This document shows, one piece after another, positions 18,554-28,476 of a stretch of 39,039 nucleotides of DNA (the stretch's first letter is position 1; every line of letters begins with the position of its first letter). The position numbers and the translations under genes were made by a program. The stretch is from a virus (taxonomy: Duplodnaviria > Caudoviricetes). The notes below the pieces were generated by a model. That model ran no database searches, was not told where the DNA came from, and was given only the letters and a program-made list of their open reading frames with translations. The stretch lies in the IMG/VR virus record IMGVR_UViG_3300048762_000133, positions 1 to 39,039 of that record; one strand, 5' to 3'.

Positions 18554-19140
18554 TAGCGCTTCCTGGTGTAGGTATTCAGGATTCTATCAACATCCCGTGG
18601 TAGCCATGCGGGGAGCAAAGAACCTTCGCCGCTACCGCCCTCGGTCGGGAAGAAGCCGCCCGACAGAAGATGATTCGCCATGAGTGCGCACGCGATCTTG
18701 AGGTCTTCAGGGACAGAGGAGAGAGGGAATCCGGAAGTGTAGACGAGTTGAACGAATCCCGTATCCCCCCGGCGGAACGGGCTGGCGCTCAATATGACCT
18801 TTTCGTTTACCGTGTCAAAGCCGGTCAACGCCGTCCAGCCGCAGTTAGCGGGGGAAACTGAATAAGAGAGAGACGTTATCGTGATGGGTGGCGGTTGGGT
18901 GTTCCGCGTCAAAACAACAAGGGATCCGTCCGGAGCTACGTTGCAGAACCCGCTCCCGAACTGCTCAATTTCGGTATTGGCGGTCTGTGAAAGCGGTTGA
19001 TGGGCGAACGTGGAAAGCGCGGCCCACGCCTTATTGAGTAGGAGAGTCACAGAGTCCCCGGCAAAACCATCTGGCAGCTTGAGGCCGGGATATGCTTCGA
19101 GGTCTGCGGCGCTTATCGGGGCGGTTAAAGTTACGGCCAT
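18553..19140 (-). CDS. Head-tail adaptor
   Basis: VYTSGF...VPEDLKIAC...LPRDVDRILNTY motif. Confidence 0.75.
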   Translation of the reverse strand: MAVTLTAPISAADLEAYPGLKLPDGFAGDSVTLLLNKAWAALSTFAHQPLSQTANTEIEQFGSGFCNVAPDGSLVVLTRNTQPPPITITSLSYSVSPANCGWTALTGFDTVNEKVILSASPFRRGDTGFVQLVYTSGFPLSSVPEDLKIACALMANHLLSGGFFPTEGGSGEGSLLPAWLPRDVDRILNTYTRKR

Positions 19141-19153
19141 GAATGCCTCCCGG

Positions 19154-19345
19154 TCAAGATATGGTTAATTTCTGCGAAAGAACCCAAGACGCGCCGTCCC
19201 ACTTGTAAATGATGCCCGCCTGTAAGTCCTGAAGTTCTGAACCGATAGGGATGGGGTTCGTAGAGTCATTGGCCGGATTAGTATCGGCGGTAAGCGTTTT
19301 TAACCACTTGAGAGGGGATACGTGCTGCCGTTTAGCTGCTGCCAT
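19154..19345 (-). CDS. Small virion-associated protein
   Basis: PIGS..QD...G.IYKWDGASW; GGGGTG RBS. Confidence 0.55.
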   Translation of the reverse strand: MAAAKRQHVSPLKWLKTLTADTNPANDSTNPIPIGSELQDLQAGIIYKWDGASWVLSQKLTIS

Positions 19346-19368
19346 GATTTCACCCCTTTTATGACAAA

Positions 19369-20046
19369 TTAATAGACGGAACCCACTGTGAGGCGCCGCC
19401 AGTTAGCCCCTGAGATGGTATTTGCGGCGGTGGCAACATAGAGATACGAGGCGTCAAAAACAACCTGCCCCGCAATTCCGACTGTGCCGTCTACGCCGGA
19501 AGCTAAAGGCGTTGCGGTCATGGCAGTGACTAATCCGGCCCCGTTATTACCCGTATAGTTAGCTACGGTGACGAGGGCGGCAGCGGCGGGCGTGGCGGCT
19601 ATGAGCGTTGAAATGTCCGAGGCGATGGTAGTTATCACGCTACTGCCGTTTGTAGCCAGGTTGACCGATATGGCGGTTCCTGTGACCGTACAGGCTAGGG
19701 TTTGAGTGGCCCCTGCGTTCACATAGGCAACCGTTATATTCTGTCCGGCTGTACCCTTAGTCACGGCGGTAAAGGTGAGGTCGTTATTTGCCCCCGTCAA
19801 AGCCGTGGTCAAAGTTGCGGCTACGGCGTTTACGGGTGTTGCCGTGGCCACGCTCGTCGCCTGAGTAGAAGTGGAGGCGTTGGCAGTTATCCCCGTCACG
19901 CCCCACATCTGGAGGGTATTCGAGGAGACCAGCATGTCGCCTGTTTGCAGACTATCAGTGACAACAGGCGTTGACGTGAATACTCTTGGCGTATTGTTGG
20001 GGGTTGCCTTCAGTGGCTTCTTTTTATGGAACATACAGCACCTCAT
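19369..20046 (-). CDS. Head decoration / head-fibre-like protein
   Basis: Follows the capsid gene; A/T-rich; ATPVNAVAA...GVDGTVG..GQVVFDASYLYVA...NWRR; true start probably a few codons downstream. Confidence 0.6.
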   Translation of the reverse strand: MRCCMFHKKKPLKATPNNTPRVFTSTPVVTDSLQTGDMLVSSNTLQMWGVTGITANASTSTQATSVATATPVNAVAATLTTALTGANNDLTFTAVTKGTAGQNITVAYVNAGATQTLACTVTGTAISVNLATNGSSVITTIASDISTLIAATPAAAALVTVANYTGNNGAGLVTAMTATPLASGVDGTVGIAGQVVFDASYLYVATAANTISGANWRRLTVGSVY

Positions 20047-20079
20047 GGAAAAGGGGCCGGGCTAGACACCCGGCCCCTT
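20047..20079 (-). terminator. Rho-independent terminator after the capsid gene
   Basis: aaggggccggg-loop-cccggcccc-tttt on the minus strand. Confidence 0.75.
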
Positions 20080-20089
20080 GCGTTCCGTT

Positions 20090-21550
20090 TTAGCTAGCCA
20101 CGATATTGCTTATTATCCCACAGGCGCCGGGCAGGTAGAGTTTGAGCGCGCCGATCATCGTGACACCGACGGGGGTCACGCGGGTCGTGCGGGCAAACAT
20201 CTCGCCGTAGTATTCCTGCTGAAGCTCCATTTCGAGGTTGTTGGGGGTTTCGGCGTTCGGGTAGGGAACGGTCTCGCCGATGGCGATGATCTTGCCCGGA
20301 GGAACATGCACGGAGGTTTTAATCTCAATGAGCTGTTCCTGGTAGGGGCTGAAGTAGGTGTTGACGGCGCTGCCGGCGGTGAATTTGTTCTTGTCGTCCT
20401 CATTGATGGTCACGCGCACGGCGTTAGAGGTCGAGGATCCGATGGCCAGCTTTTTGATAGACTTGGATTCTTGGGCATTGACGAAGAAGGCGGTTGGGGA
20501 AACGCGGTAGTTATTCCAGATGTATTGCAGCATGGTCTCGATTTCTACCACGCCGCCACTGCCGTCGCCGGTTAGCGCGGAACCGGCCAGGTTCTTGTAG
20601 TAGGCGCCGGATGAGGCTGCGTTCAGCAGGGGAACGATGCCGTTATAGGCGTTGGCGTCGGCGGTCTGGTCGGCGGAGTTCCCGACACCTGTTCCGGTGG
20701 TGTACCCGTTATAGGACGTCGGGCTGGTCAGGGTGACGCTGTTCGTGAAAGCAGTGCCGATATAGACGGCGGCGGCATAGGACGCAGTGCCGCAATAGAT
20801 GTTATAGGCGAAGGCGTTGGGCACGTCCGTCCATGAGCAGGTCAGGGTATGGTTGGCCGTCGCAGAGAACGGAGTGCCGGTGTTGCATGAGGTGGCAGTG
20901 GTCTCGTCGGGTGCGTCCACGCTGGAGATGCGGCCTGCCGCTCCATTCTGCCAGCCGTGAATAGTCAGGGCGGAGACAGAGATGTAGTAGGCTGTGGCGA
21001 CGAAGGTTCCGCCAGAAGAAGCCCCGTCTGCGACGGTGACAGTCGTGGGTGCGCCGAGGGCGGTGATGTTCCCGCCCAGGTCGTAACGATCTTCCTGGAT
21101 CATCAGCGACTGGAGGGTGGACAGCATACCGAGCTGGGGCACGTCCTCGAACTTGCGGCCAAAGATGCGAGACTCGTCATCGTAGGTATTGTACTGGTTG
21201 AGCGTCTTGTAATTGGCACTCTTTTCGGCGGTGGATAGGGTCAGGGCGGTTGCTACGGCGCCGGCGGCTACAGACGCCTTGATGTGTCCCGAGTTGATGG
21301 CGGTGATGACTTTCCAGTGGGCCGCGACGCCGCCCGTCTCGTTGAGGACGCGGGGGATGCGGCGGCGGAGGGTGTCCTCGATGAAGTAGAGCTTTTTGGC
21401 GGGGGCTTCCAGCGGGTATCCGTAAAGATACTGGCTGGAAGTAATACCGGTCTTGACGGCGGAAGTGGATTTGCGAGGGCCGGTCTGGAGCCCTTGCGCG
21501 AGGGCCAGAGTTTCATCCGTGGTGAGTCCGAGATTGTTTGTCTGAGGCAT
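20090..21550 (-). CDS. Major capsid protein with an inserted Ig/Fn3-like domain
   Basis: Follows protease/scaffold, strong codon bias and RBS, followed by a terminator. Confidence 0.85.
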   Translation of the reverse strand: MPQTNNLGLTTDETLALAQGLQTGPRKSTSAVKTGITSSQYLYGYPLEAPAKKLYFIEDTLRRRIPRVLNETGGVAAHWKVITAINSGHIKASVAAGAVATALTLSTAEKSANYKTLNQYNTYDDESRIFGRKFEDVPQLGMLSTLQSLMIQEDRYDLGGNITALGAPTTVTVADGASSGGTFVATAYYISVSALTIHGWQNGAAGRISSVDAPDETTATSCNTGTPFSATANHTLTCSWTDVPNAFAYNIYCGTASYAAAVYIGTAFTNSVTLTSPTSYNGYTTGTGVGNSADQTADANAYNGIVPLLNAASSGAYYKNLAGSALTGDGSGGVVEIETMLQYIWNNYRVSPTAFFVNAQESKSIKKLAIGSSTSNAVRVTINEDDKNKFTAGSAVNTYFSPYQEQLIEIKTSVHVPPGKIIAIGETVPYPNAETPNNLEMELQQEYYGEMFARTTRVTPVGVTMIGALKLYLPGACGIISNIVAS

Positions 21551-21570
21551 TTTCTTCTCCTGTTAAAAAT

Positions 21571-23310
21571 TTAATTGTGTCGGGGTGATTTGGGGCCAGC
21601 GGCAAAGACATCATTTATTGAGTCCTCTGCCGACTTGCGGGCGATCTCCATGCGGGTCGATGCGGAGATATTGGGGTCTTTGAGCAGCGCGTCGTAGAAG
21701 GCCGCCTTGCCGGGTTCGGCGTTTTCGCCCATTCTTTCGTTGGTAACCGCTTTTACGTCACGGAGCGGGGGGCCTTTGACGGGCTGCTTCTCTAGGGTCT
21801 CAATGCGTTCTTTAAGCGGCTTCACAACCGCCTCTTCAACGCCCTTGATCGCCTTGGCAACAGCTTCATCGATAAGGCTTTTGACCGCTTCGGGAGTAAC
21901 GGTTTTAACGGGCTTCTTTTCTTCCTCGGGAGTCTGCTCGGCGGGAGGTTCCGCAGCTTCCTGCTTGGGGGTTTCAACTGCTTCGGAGACAGGTGCGGCA
22001 GGAACTTTAGCGGGGACAGGCGGCGCAGGATGGTTTTCCGGGCTCATGCCCTGGGATTCTGCGGGCTGGGAGGGCGCGGCTTCCGGCGGAGCATCCTGCG
22101 CGGCCTCGCCGCTGCCGTCACCGCCGCTCAAGATGTCCTGAGCGGACGCCACCAACGCATTGAGGGCGTCAGTGACAGGCTGGGGTAACTGAATCGCCTT
22201 GCCACAGGTCGCGCACTTCATAAAGTGCTTTGCGGCTTCGGGTTTGGCGTCCTCGGGGACTTCCGCAACCGGCGCTTCGACGGGCGCGGGTTTGCCATCT
22301 TCGGGTTTCTTTTCAGGTTCCAGGGGAGCTACGGGCTTCTCTTCGGCCTTAACGGCCTTTTTTGTTGGCATGCTTACCTCCGATTTATTTTCTTTGCAGG
22401 CCGTAATGCCTGGTGTTTCCAGCAGTGACTTGAAAGCGGTGTCGGCCATAGGATTGGCCGCATAAGGGGTGAGCGAGATTTCTTTGAGCGGCCAGTTTTC
22501 GATATGACCCTCAAGGGATTTAACCACGCCGTCGGCAAACGCACCGCTAGAAAACTTGAGCTTCCCCAGCTTAACGAGCATCTTGATTCGCTCGTAATAG
22601 CGGTTAGCCGTGTCGAGCTGTGTCTTGAACCATTTGCCCTCCGGCGTGTCGGTGACTTCAATGACCTTCCCGATGGGCGCGTCTTTGAGTTCTGCATCAA
22701 GTCCATGATGGTAGAGTTCCGGCATGGACTTGACCGCCTTGCCGTCATACCGCTCGGACGCGAAGTTGGTTTTGCCGTCAAACCACTCTGCTTGAAGGTC
22801 TTTACCAATGTCCGTGACTTTCTCGCGCAGCGGGCCGCCGTAAGGGACGCCCAGGCCTTCCACAATGCCCTTTTCCTCGTCGAAGAACTTGACGGCGTAG
22901 GTTTTGACTTCGGGGGTTGATGGTTCTTCGACGAACGCGGCCTTGAGCGCCTTTAACGCCTTGCTCATGCCCTGAAGCCGTCCGGCAAACTCGTCATAAT
23001 GCCCGTCCCTTTCGGCGGCGATATGCTCATAGAGAGCGGCGGACTCGGTGTCACCCGCCGATAAGGCCAAATCTGCCCGCGCCCTGTAATCGGCGGCGGC
23101 GTTAGCCTCATCAACGCAGGACTGCGACAATTTCTCTTTGTTGACCCGGCTCTCGGTATCTTCGGTTGGCAGGTTTTCGATTGTGGCGCCTGCCTTTTCG
23201 CTGGCGCACTTGAAAGCGCGGGTTTCGTCGCCGTCTTTCGCAAACTCGCGGTTATAGACGGCCTTAAAAACCTTTTGAGCCTTTACTGAGAGATTGGACG
23301 ATAATTCCAT
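21571..23310 (-). CDS. Prohead protease-scaffold fusion with ChaB-like and ferritin-like N-terminal segments
   Basis: VEGLGVPYGG..D..EWF, YHHG, FSSG, WPLKEISLTP..ANP (HK97-type protease); long P/E/A-rich scaffold. Confidence 0.85.
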   Translation of the reverse strand: MELSSNLSVKAQKVFKAVYNREFAKDGDETRAFKCASEKAGATIENLPTEDTESRVNKEKLSQSCVDEANAAADYRARADLALSAGDTESAALYEHIAAERDGHYDEFAGRLQGMSKALKALKAAFVEEPSTPEVKTYAVKFFDEEKGIVEGLGVPYGGPLREKVTDIGKDLQAEWFDGKTNFASERYDGKAVKSMPELYHHGLDAELKDAPIGKVIEVTDTPEGKWFKTQLDTANRYYERIKMLVKLGKLKFSSGAFADGVVKSLEGHIENWPLKEISLTPYAANPMADTAFKSLLETPGITACKENKSEVSMPTKKAVKAEEKPVAPLEPEKKPEDGKPAPVEAPVAEVPEDAKPEAAKHFMKCATCGKAIQLPQPVTDALNALVASAQDILSGGDGSGEAAQDAPPEAAPSQPAESQGMSPENHPAPPVPAKVPAAPVSEAVETPKQEAAEPPAEQTPEEEKKPVKTVTPEAVKSLIDEAVAKAIKGVEEAVVKPLKERIETLEKQPVKGPPLRDVKAVTNERMGENAEPGKAAFYDALLKDPNISASTRMEIARKSAEDSINDVFAAGPKSPRHN

Positions 23311-23320
23311 GATTCACCTC

Positions 23321-23494
23321 TTAATTCAGGTAAAAATTAAGGGAAGGGACTAAAGCGTATACACCCTTGACATAAACTGACTCGATGGAAGGCTGGTAGA
23401 CCTCCAAGAGGTCAAGCTCTATGGCTTGTTTGAGGCGCTCCACGAGGTAGGGTGTGAAGTAAAAGTTGATGTATAAACTCTTCGAGGCCATCAT
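23321..23494 (-). CDS. 57-aa hypothetical protein (not in ORF track)
   Basis: MMASKSLYINFYFTPYLVERLKQAIELD..., ATGA overlap with the upstream stop, fills the gap. Confidence 0.5.
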   Translation of the reverse strand: MMASKSLYINFYFTPYLVERLKQAIELDLLEVYQPSIESVYVKGVYALVPSLNFYLN

Positions 23495-24225
23495 GCCCTC
23501 GCGTATTCTTTGGGTTTTCCCTTTTCGATGATTGACCGGGCGCGGCGAGTTCTTGCTGATGCCAGCCCGTCAACGTGCAAATCCCTGTAAACATCTTGAG
23601 CGGTGCCAGGCTTGTACCCAGGGATCGGGCCGACTAGCGCCTCATCCGGCATACCGATGTCGAAAAAAGCTGAGCACCTGCACCCAATGTGGATTGATCG
23701 GGCTAAATCGTAGGCCTGCTTCGCGTCAAACCACCTGCCCGCCAGATAGAGGCATTTAGAACAAACGCGCTGGTCCTCGGCGGTATACCAGATGATTCCT
23801 ATATCATTCGCTGCGGGCAGTACGCCCACGGCACCTGAAATAGGAGGCTTGCCTGGTGGGACGGTCTCAACCTGTATCTGTGTGGCGATGTCCCGGCGCG
23901 CGGTATCAACATAAGCCGCCAGCCCCAGCGCGAGAGCAGGCGAGAGTACCCATGACCACAAACCTACCCGGTGAATCAGGCCATCCAGTAGGTCACTCAA
24001 TGATTCGCCCTGTGACGCCCGGAGCTCGATAGCTGCCATACTCGCCGCCAGTTCCTGTTCGTGGCGATTTATCAGCATGGCGATATTTACGTTATCGGTC
24101 TCGCCCCAGGGAAGCGGCCCGTACTTCTTTGCCGCCTTGTTGCGGCCCATCGTGTAGGCCAATACAAGAAATTGACTCGCGGCAAGTTGCATCTGCTGGG
24201 ATAGTTTAGACAGCGTGTCATCCAT
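23491..24225 (-). CDS. MuF/gp7-like minor head protein
   Basis: WYTAEDQRVCSKC..LAG...HIGCRC motif; follows portal. Confidence 0.8.
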   Translation of the reverse strand: MDDTLSKLSQQMQLAASQFLVLAYTMGRNKAAKKYGPLPWGETDNVNIAMLINRHEQELAASMAAIELRASQGESLSDLLDGLIHRVGLWSWVLSPALALGLAAYVDTARRDIATQIQVETVPPGKPPISGAVGVLPAANDIGIIWYTAEDQRVCSKCLYLAGRWFDAKQAYDLARSIHIGCRCSAFFDIGMPDEALVGPIPGYKPGTAQDVYRDLHVDGLASARTRRARSIIEKGKPKEYARA

Positions 24226-25989
24226 TTAAGCCGCCTCGACGGTAGCTTTCGCCCTTTCCATTGCGGTCTTTAGCACGTCCTCATAGGAGCCGATAAGCTG
24301 GTCAAGAGAGCCCCCCACTGCGGGTGTGCGGTTCCTTCTACCTAAACCAGTCCTAACGCCGTCAAAAACGGCTTTTACCGCCTCAGAAGTGGACGCGGCG
24401 GACAGTTTCGCGGATATGGCCTGTTTCATTTCGGCGGGGATAATTTTTGTTTCAAATTCCCTCAAGGATTTTTTACCCAACCGGTTTAAGGTGAATTTCT
24501 CCCATGCATCCAGTTCAGCCTTTAGGGATAATTCAGGATAGTAATCCGATTCCCGCTCATCATCCGGCGGCGCGATGGATAAGGCGGGTAAACCCTGCGG
24601 CTGGCCTATTTGGGCGCCCTGCTGTCCCTGAACCGCTCCGGGCTGGAACTTGCCGGACAGGACATCGGCCAGCAGGATAGGCCCTGAACCTGTGAAAACA
24701 AGGGGAATCGCCCCCATGCCGTTATCAAGGGGAGGTAACCCCTGTTCCCCCCGGATGTCGTCGATAGTCTTGATAGCCTTTGAGAGCATCTGGTCATTCA
24801 TATTAGAACGGGCGGTGTCATAATTCGCGCCCGGCGTCCAGATAAACTCAAGCATGGGGAGGCCAAGGTCGTCACAAAGAATCTGGTCAAACCACGACTT
24901 GAAGAAACGCAGTAAAGGGATAAGGGAATACTCCTGGCGCGCTTCCTCTTGAGTCTCAGCGGTTGCGCGGTTCATCATGCGGACATAAGGCGCGGGCGAG
25001 ACGCCGAAACACGCGCACTCGACGCGGGCCAGCCATTCGTCGAACAGGCCATCAAACTGGAGCTGTTGGAGCATTTGGACTCCGCCCACGCCGGGAAGGA
25101 CATGCATCTTTGACCGGGCCGCTAGGTCGCCCGATAGCAGGGTGTCAATCATATCCTGCCAGGCTTTTAGCTGGTCAGGAGTCATATTAGCCATCATGGT
25201 CTCGGTAAGTTGAACGATGCCCTGGGGGACATTCCCGGAGCGGAACCATTCTATGAAGCTCACGTTGCGGCGGATAACGATGTTGAGAATCTGGGCGATT
25301 GACTCTACGTGCGAGAATCCATACACGCCGTCGGAATGAGTATTATATGGCCTGTAGTAAAGCTCGTACTGGCCATTGTTATCGCCAGTCACAGGTTTGA
25401 TAAAAGATGTGCGCGGCATACCTTTGATGATTTGCTCATAAGCCATTTGAGGCGGCGAAGGGACACGGCCGGTGTCATCTATGAGCACGAGTATCTTCGT
25501 GCCGTCTATGATTTGCAGGGAGTGGAAACGCCCGATACGGTCCCGCTCTTTGTAGAGAGCCGGGGCGTCAACGACAAAATGATCTTCGGCCAGCATGCCG
25601 ATCCATTGGTCAAAGGTGTGCTCAAAGTCGGGTTTCTCGAAGAACTTCTGCCCCCACTTTTGCTCGGCGGAATAATCCTCGTCGGCAAACTCTTTACGGG
25701 TTGCTACCTGCCAATCCAGCCCCTTCAGCTCGTCTTTGCGCTGCTCGATGATGGTCCTTAGGATGCCGTCAATCTGCGCCAGACCTCTCATCTGGTCGTA
25801 TGTAACCGCCCGCGCCTCGGTGGCGCGCGGCATGATTTGCATGTTACGGGAGATGGCGTAATCATTGGCGCGCGGACTCTCGCCGGGGGCCTGGGGGTTG
25901 ATAGGTGCGCCAGGGCCAAACCCGACATTAGACGGGAGCCATAGAGCGGGCGTTTCTGGTTTGACTGTATATAATCTAAATTCAGCCAT
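24226..25989 (-). CDS. Portal protein
   Basis: Position after TerL; YGFSHVE, F..GNVPQG, ACFGVSP...NRATAE motifs. Confidence 0.9.
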   Translation of the reverse strand: MAEFRLYTVKPETPALWLPSNVGFGPGAPINPQAPGESPRANDYAISRNMQIMPRATEARAVTYDQMRGLAQIDGILRTIIEQRKDELKGLDWQVATRKEFADEDYSAEQKWGQKFFEKPDFEHTFDQWIGMLAEDHFVVDAPALYKERDRIGRFHSLQIIDGTKILVLIDDTGRVPSPPQMAYEQIIKGMPRTSFIKPVTGDNNGQYELYYRPYNTHSDGVYGFSHVESIAQILNIVIRRNVSFIEWFRSGNVPQGIVQLTETMMANMTPDQLKAWQDMIDTLLSGDLAARSKMHVLPGVGGVQMLQQLQFDGLFDEWLARVECACFGVSPAPYVRMMNRATAETQEEARQEYSLIPLLRFFKSWFDQILCDDLGLPMLEFIWTPGANYDTARSNMNDQMLSKAIKTIDDIRGEQGLPPLDNGMGAIPLVFTGSGPILLADVLSGKFQPGAVQGQQGAQIGQPQGLPALSIAPPDDERESDYYPELSLKAELDAWEKFTLNRLGKKSLREFETKIIPAEMKQAISAKLSAASTSEAVKAVFDGVRTGLGRRNRTPAVGGSLDQLIGSYEDVLKTAMERAKATVEAA

Positions 25990-27337
25990 GTTGCTCCTGT
26001 TTATCCGTCATAAGTTTGGCCGCTCCCTGCCAGAGGGCGAGTAAATCAGCGGTCCCTGTAAGTATCCCCAGCCCCGCGCTCATCGTGTCAACCTGGTCAT
26101 CGTGTGAGCCGTTGGGAAAGGCTTCAACCTCGTCTAGGAAGTCGCCAATCCACACGCCCCGTATCAGTAATATGTTCTTAGCCTCGGCCTGGGATGATGC
26201 CGGAGCGGCCCTCGTAACTTTGTCGGTAGCGGGCCTGTCTGGGGTGATCGAGTAACCAGCGAGCTGGCGGATGTAGTAATCGATTAATGTTTTACCGCCC
26301 GCGCCCGGCTCCTGTTCGATGTAGATTTTGGTTGCGGTAGTATCGAGTATGGCTGTTTGTTTTACAAGAGCTTCGACGCCCTGGGGAGATGCCCTGAGAT
26401 GTCGCATGTCGGCTATATAGAACTTCCCTTGTCCGTCCCTGCCTATCTTGCATCCTGCGGTATAGTCCGGATCTTTGCCCTTTGTGGCCTCCGTGGCGGC
26501 CATGTCCCAATACCTTATCCACCTGATGCCAGCGGGCGCAGCCTCTACGATGTCAAACCACTCGCGCTTGAATAAGTTTCCCGTGTCTCTGGCGGACCAG
26601 TCGCCCAGAAGAAGCCGCTGTCGGGTTATCGGGTCAAGCTGATTGAGGCTCTGAGTGTAGGACCCCCTGTCCAGGTAGGGGTTATCGTCTAGCCGTGCCG
26701 GTATAAATATACGGCCCTTTTCAAGACCCTCCGTAATAAACCGCTGCTTTACCCAGTCATGACCTACACCGCCGGGGTTGGACGCGGCCCGGATACGCAA
26801 GGGGATTTCAGATGTTTCGAGGCGGCGTAACCGGGAGTAGAGGAATTTAAAGGCTTTTTCGGAAAACTCGGTCAATTCATCGAAGGCTACAAACTGGAAT
26901 TCCGCGCCCTGGTAGCGGTACATGTCCGTGGCGTTATCGAGGTAGCCGAATGAGATCGTCGCGCTGCTCGGAAAGTGCCAAGTTTTTTCCTGCTCTTTCC
27001 AAACAACACCCTGGCTTTGGAATTTAGACAACCACTCACGGGAGCGGTCAAGTAGTGCGCCGGGGAGTGTGAGTTCTGAATAGTTTTTACGGAAGATGAT
27101 GGCCGCATATCCCGGGATGTCTACGTACTGGAGAGCCGCCATTAAAAGAGCGTCGGACTTGCCACCGCCAGCCGCCCCGCCGTAAAACACCTCTTGGTTA
27201 TCCAGTAGCAGGAAGGCTAACTGTTTGTCCGTCGGCTTGTGAGGTATGTACTTGTTCAGACGGGGGTTGACCGTCTTCAGTGGCTCCCAGCCGGACGGCC
27301 CCCGCTTTGACAAGGATAGCGAGGGCGTTTGAGACAT
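25982..27337 (-). CDS. terL: Terminase large subunit
   Basis: Walker A YGGAAGGGKS, Walker B VAFDE, ASNPGGVGHDWVK, nuclease YWDMA...HDDQVD. Confidence 0.96.
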   Translation of the reverse strand: MSQTPSLSLSKRGPSGWEPLKTVNPRLNKYIPHKPTDKQLAFLLLDNQEVFYGGAAGGGKSDALLMAALQYVDIPGYAAIIFRKNYSELTLPGALLDRSREWLSKFQSQGVVWKEQEKTWHFPSSATISFGYLDNATDMYRYQGAEFQFVAFDELTEFSEKAFKFLYSRLRRLETSEIPLRIRAASNPGGVGHDWVKQRFITEGLEKGRIFIPARLDDNPYLDRGSYTQSLNQLDPITRQRLLLGDWSARDTGNLFKREWFDIVEAAPAGIRWIRYWDMAATEATKGKDPDYTAGCKIGRDGQGKFYIADMRHLRASPQGVEALVKQTAILDTTATKIYIEQEPGAGGKTLIDYYIRQLAGYSITPDRPATDKVTRAAPASSQAEAKNILLIRGVWIGDFLDEVEAFPNGSHDDQVDTMSAGLGILTGTADLLALWQGAAKLMTDKQEQHG

Positions 27338-27659
27338 CGATTTCTCCTATGTTTATCTGTGTGATCGAGGTCATATCCACTAAGTCCTTGACCTTGCCCT
27401 CAACCCGGTCTAATCCCTCTTTAATCGCCGTCAGATCGCCCCGCCCCATCTTGGCAAACATGGCGAGTGCGACGATCATGGCCCCGGTCGGTTTGCCCTT
27501 GACCCACTTGGCCTTGACCTTCTCAGGATCGCCGTTAAGCAGTTCGGCCAGAAGCGACGTGACACAGTGAATCTTGGCAGGCCGCCCGTTCGGGTTGGCA
27601 TGATTGCCTGGTTGGAATGGCTTGCCTATAACTCGCGGTTTTACCGCAACTTCAGACAT
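27198..27659 (-). CDS. Terminase small subunit (DUF5681-like)
   Basis: PFQPGNHANPNGRP, LDRVEGK; directly upstream of TerL, overlapping it by 140 nt. Confidence 0.75.
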   Translation of the reverse strand: MSEVAVKPRVIGKPFQPGNHANPNGRPAKIHCVTSLLAELLNGDPEKVKAKWVKGKPTGAMIVALAMFAKMGRGDLTAIKEGLDRVEGKVKDLVDMTSITQINIGEIDVSNALAILVKAGAVRLGATEDGQPPSEQVHTSQADGQTVSLPATG

Positions 27660-28438
27660 TAGATTTTAACTGCCTTTTTACATGTGAAATCTTCCCAGCG
27701 TTTGATGATGACGTCGCAGTAATGCGGGTCGATTTCCATGCCGTAGCACTTGCGGTCTAACTTCTCACAGGCTATGAGGGTGGAACCTGAACCGAGAAAG
27801 AGGTCGAGGACGCTCCCTTCGATAGGTGTGCTATTTACCAATTGCGCTTCAATGAGTGCGACGGGTTTCATTGTGGGGTGGGATTCGCTTCGTTTTGGGC
27901 GGGGAATTTCAAAGATTGTGGTCTGGCTATGATTTCCAACCCACAGAGTTCCTTCGTGCTTACCCCTGCCTGGTCTGCCATCTCCCGGAAAATATCCATA
28001 ATAAATCGGCTCATGCCGATAGTGGTAATCGGCGTGTCCAAGAACCATGCTGTCCTTGACCCACACGAGCGTTTGATGCAAGCGCCATCCAAGTTTTCTA
28101 ATCACGTCCCCATAAGTTAGTGATAGCGCACCCGGCGGGTGCGCTATATAAAAATGTCCTGAATCAACACATGCGAATTGGGCATTTGTGAAAGCATCGA
28201 ACAATAGACAATAAAGCCCACCAGCATCGTCGTTTTCAATAGTCAGCGCCTCTTTTGTTTTACCGATATACTTGACGCCATAAGGTGGGTCTGTCCACAT
28301 GCAGATAGCCTTCTCGCCCCCCATCAACCTCGCCACGTCCTCTTTCTTGGTAGCATCCCCCACTAAAAGATAATGAGCACCTTTTACGTCAGCTCGGGTA
28401 TATTCTACCTCGTGCCCACACTCACATTTAGTCTTCAA
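27659..28438 (-). CDS. DNA N4-C/N6-A methyltransferase (beta class); C-terminal half of a split ParB-MTase
   Basis: TDPPY, HPTMKP, VLDLFLGSGST; TTG start after GGGAG. Confidence 0.9.
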   Translation of the reverse strand: MKTKCECGHEVEYTRADVKGAHYLLVGDATKKEDVARLMGGEKAICMWTDPPYGVKYIGKTKEALTIENDDAGGLYCLLFDAFTNAQFACVDSGHFYIAHPPGALSLTYGDVIRKLGWRLHQTLVWVKDSMVLGHADYHYRHEPIYYGYFPGDGRPGRGKHEGTLWVGNHSQTTIFEIPRPKRSESHPTMKPVALIEAQLVNSTPIEGSVLDLFLGSGSTLIACEKLDRKCYGMEIDPHYCDVIIKRWEDFTCKKAVKI

Positions 28439-28441
28439 AAA

Positions 28442-28470
28442 TTGACTCCCGTAATATGCGGTGATATAAT
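28442..28470 (+). promoter_or_regulatory. Promoter for the antisense HNH gene (probably leaderless)
   Basis: TTGACT-17-TATAAT with TGn; ATG 6 nt after the -10. Confidence 0.7.
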
Positions 28471-28476
28471 AAAGTT

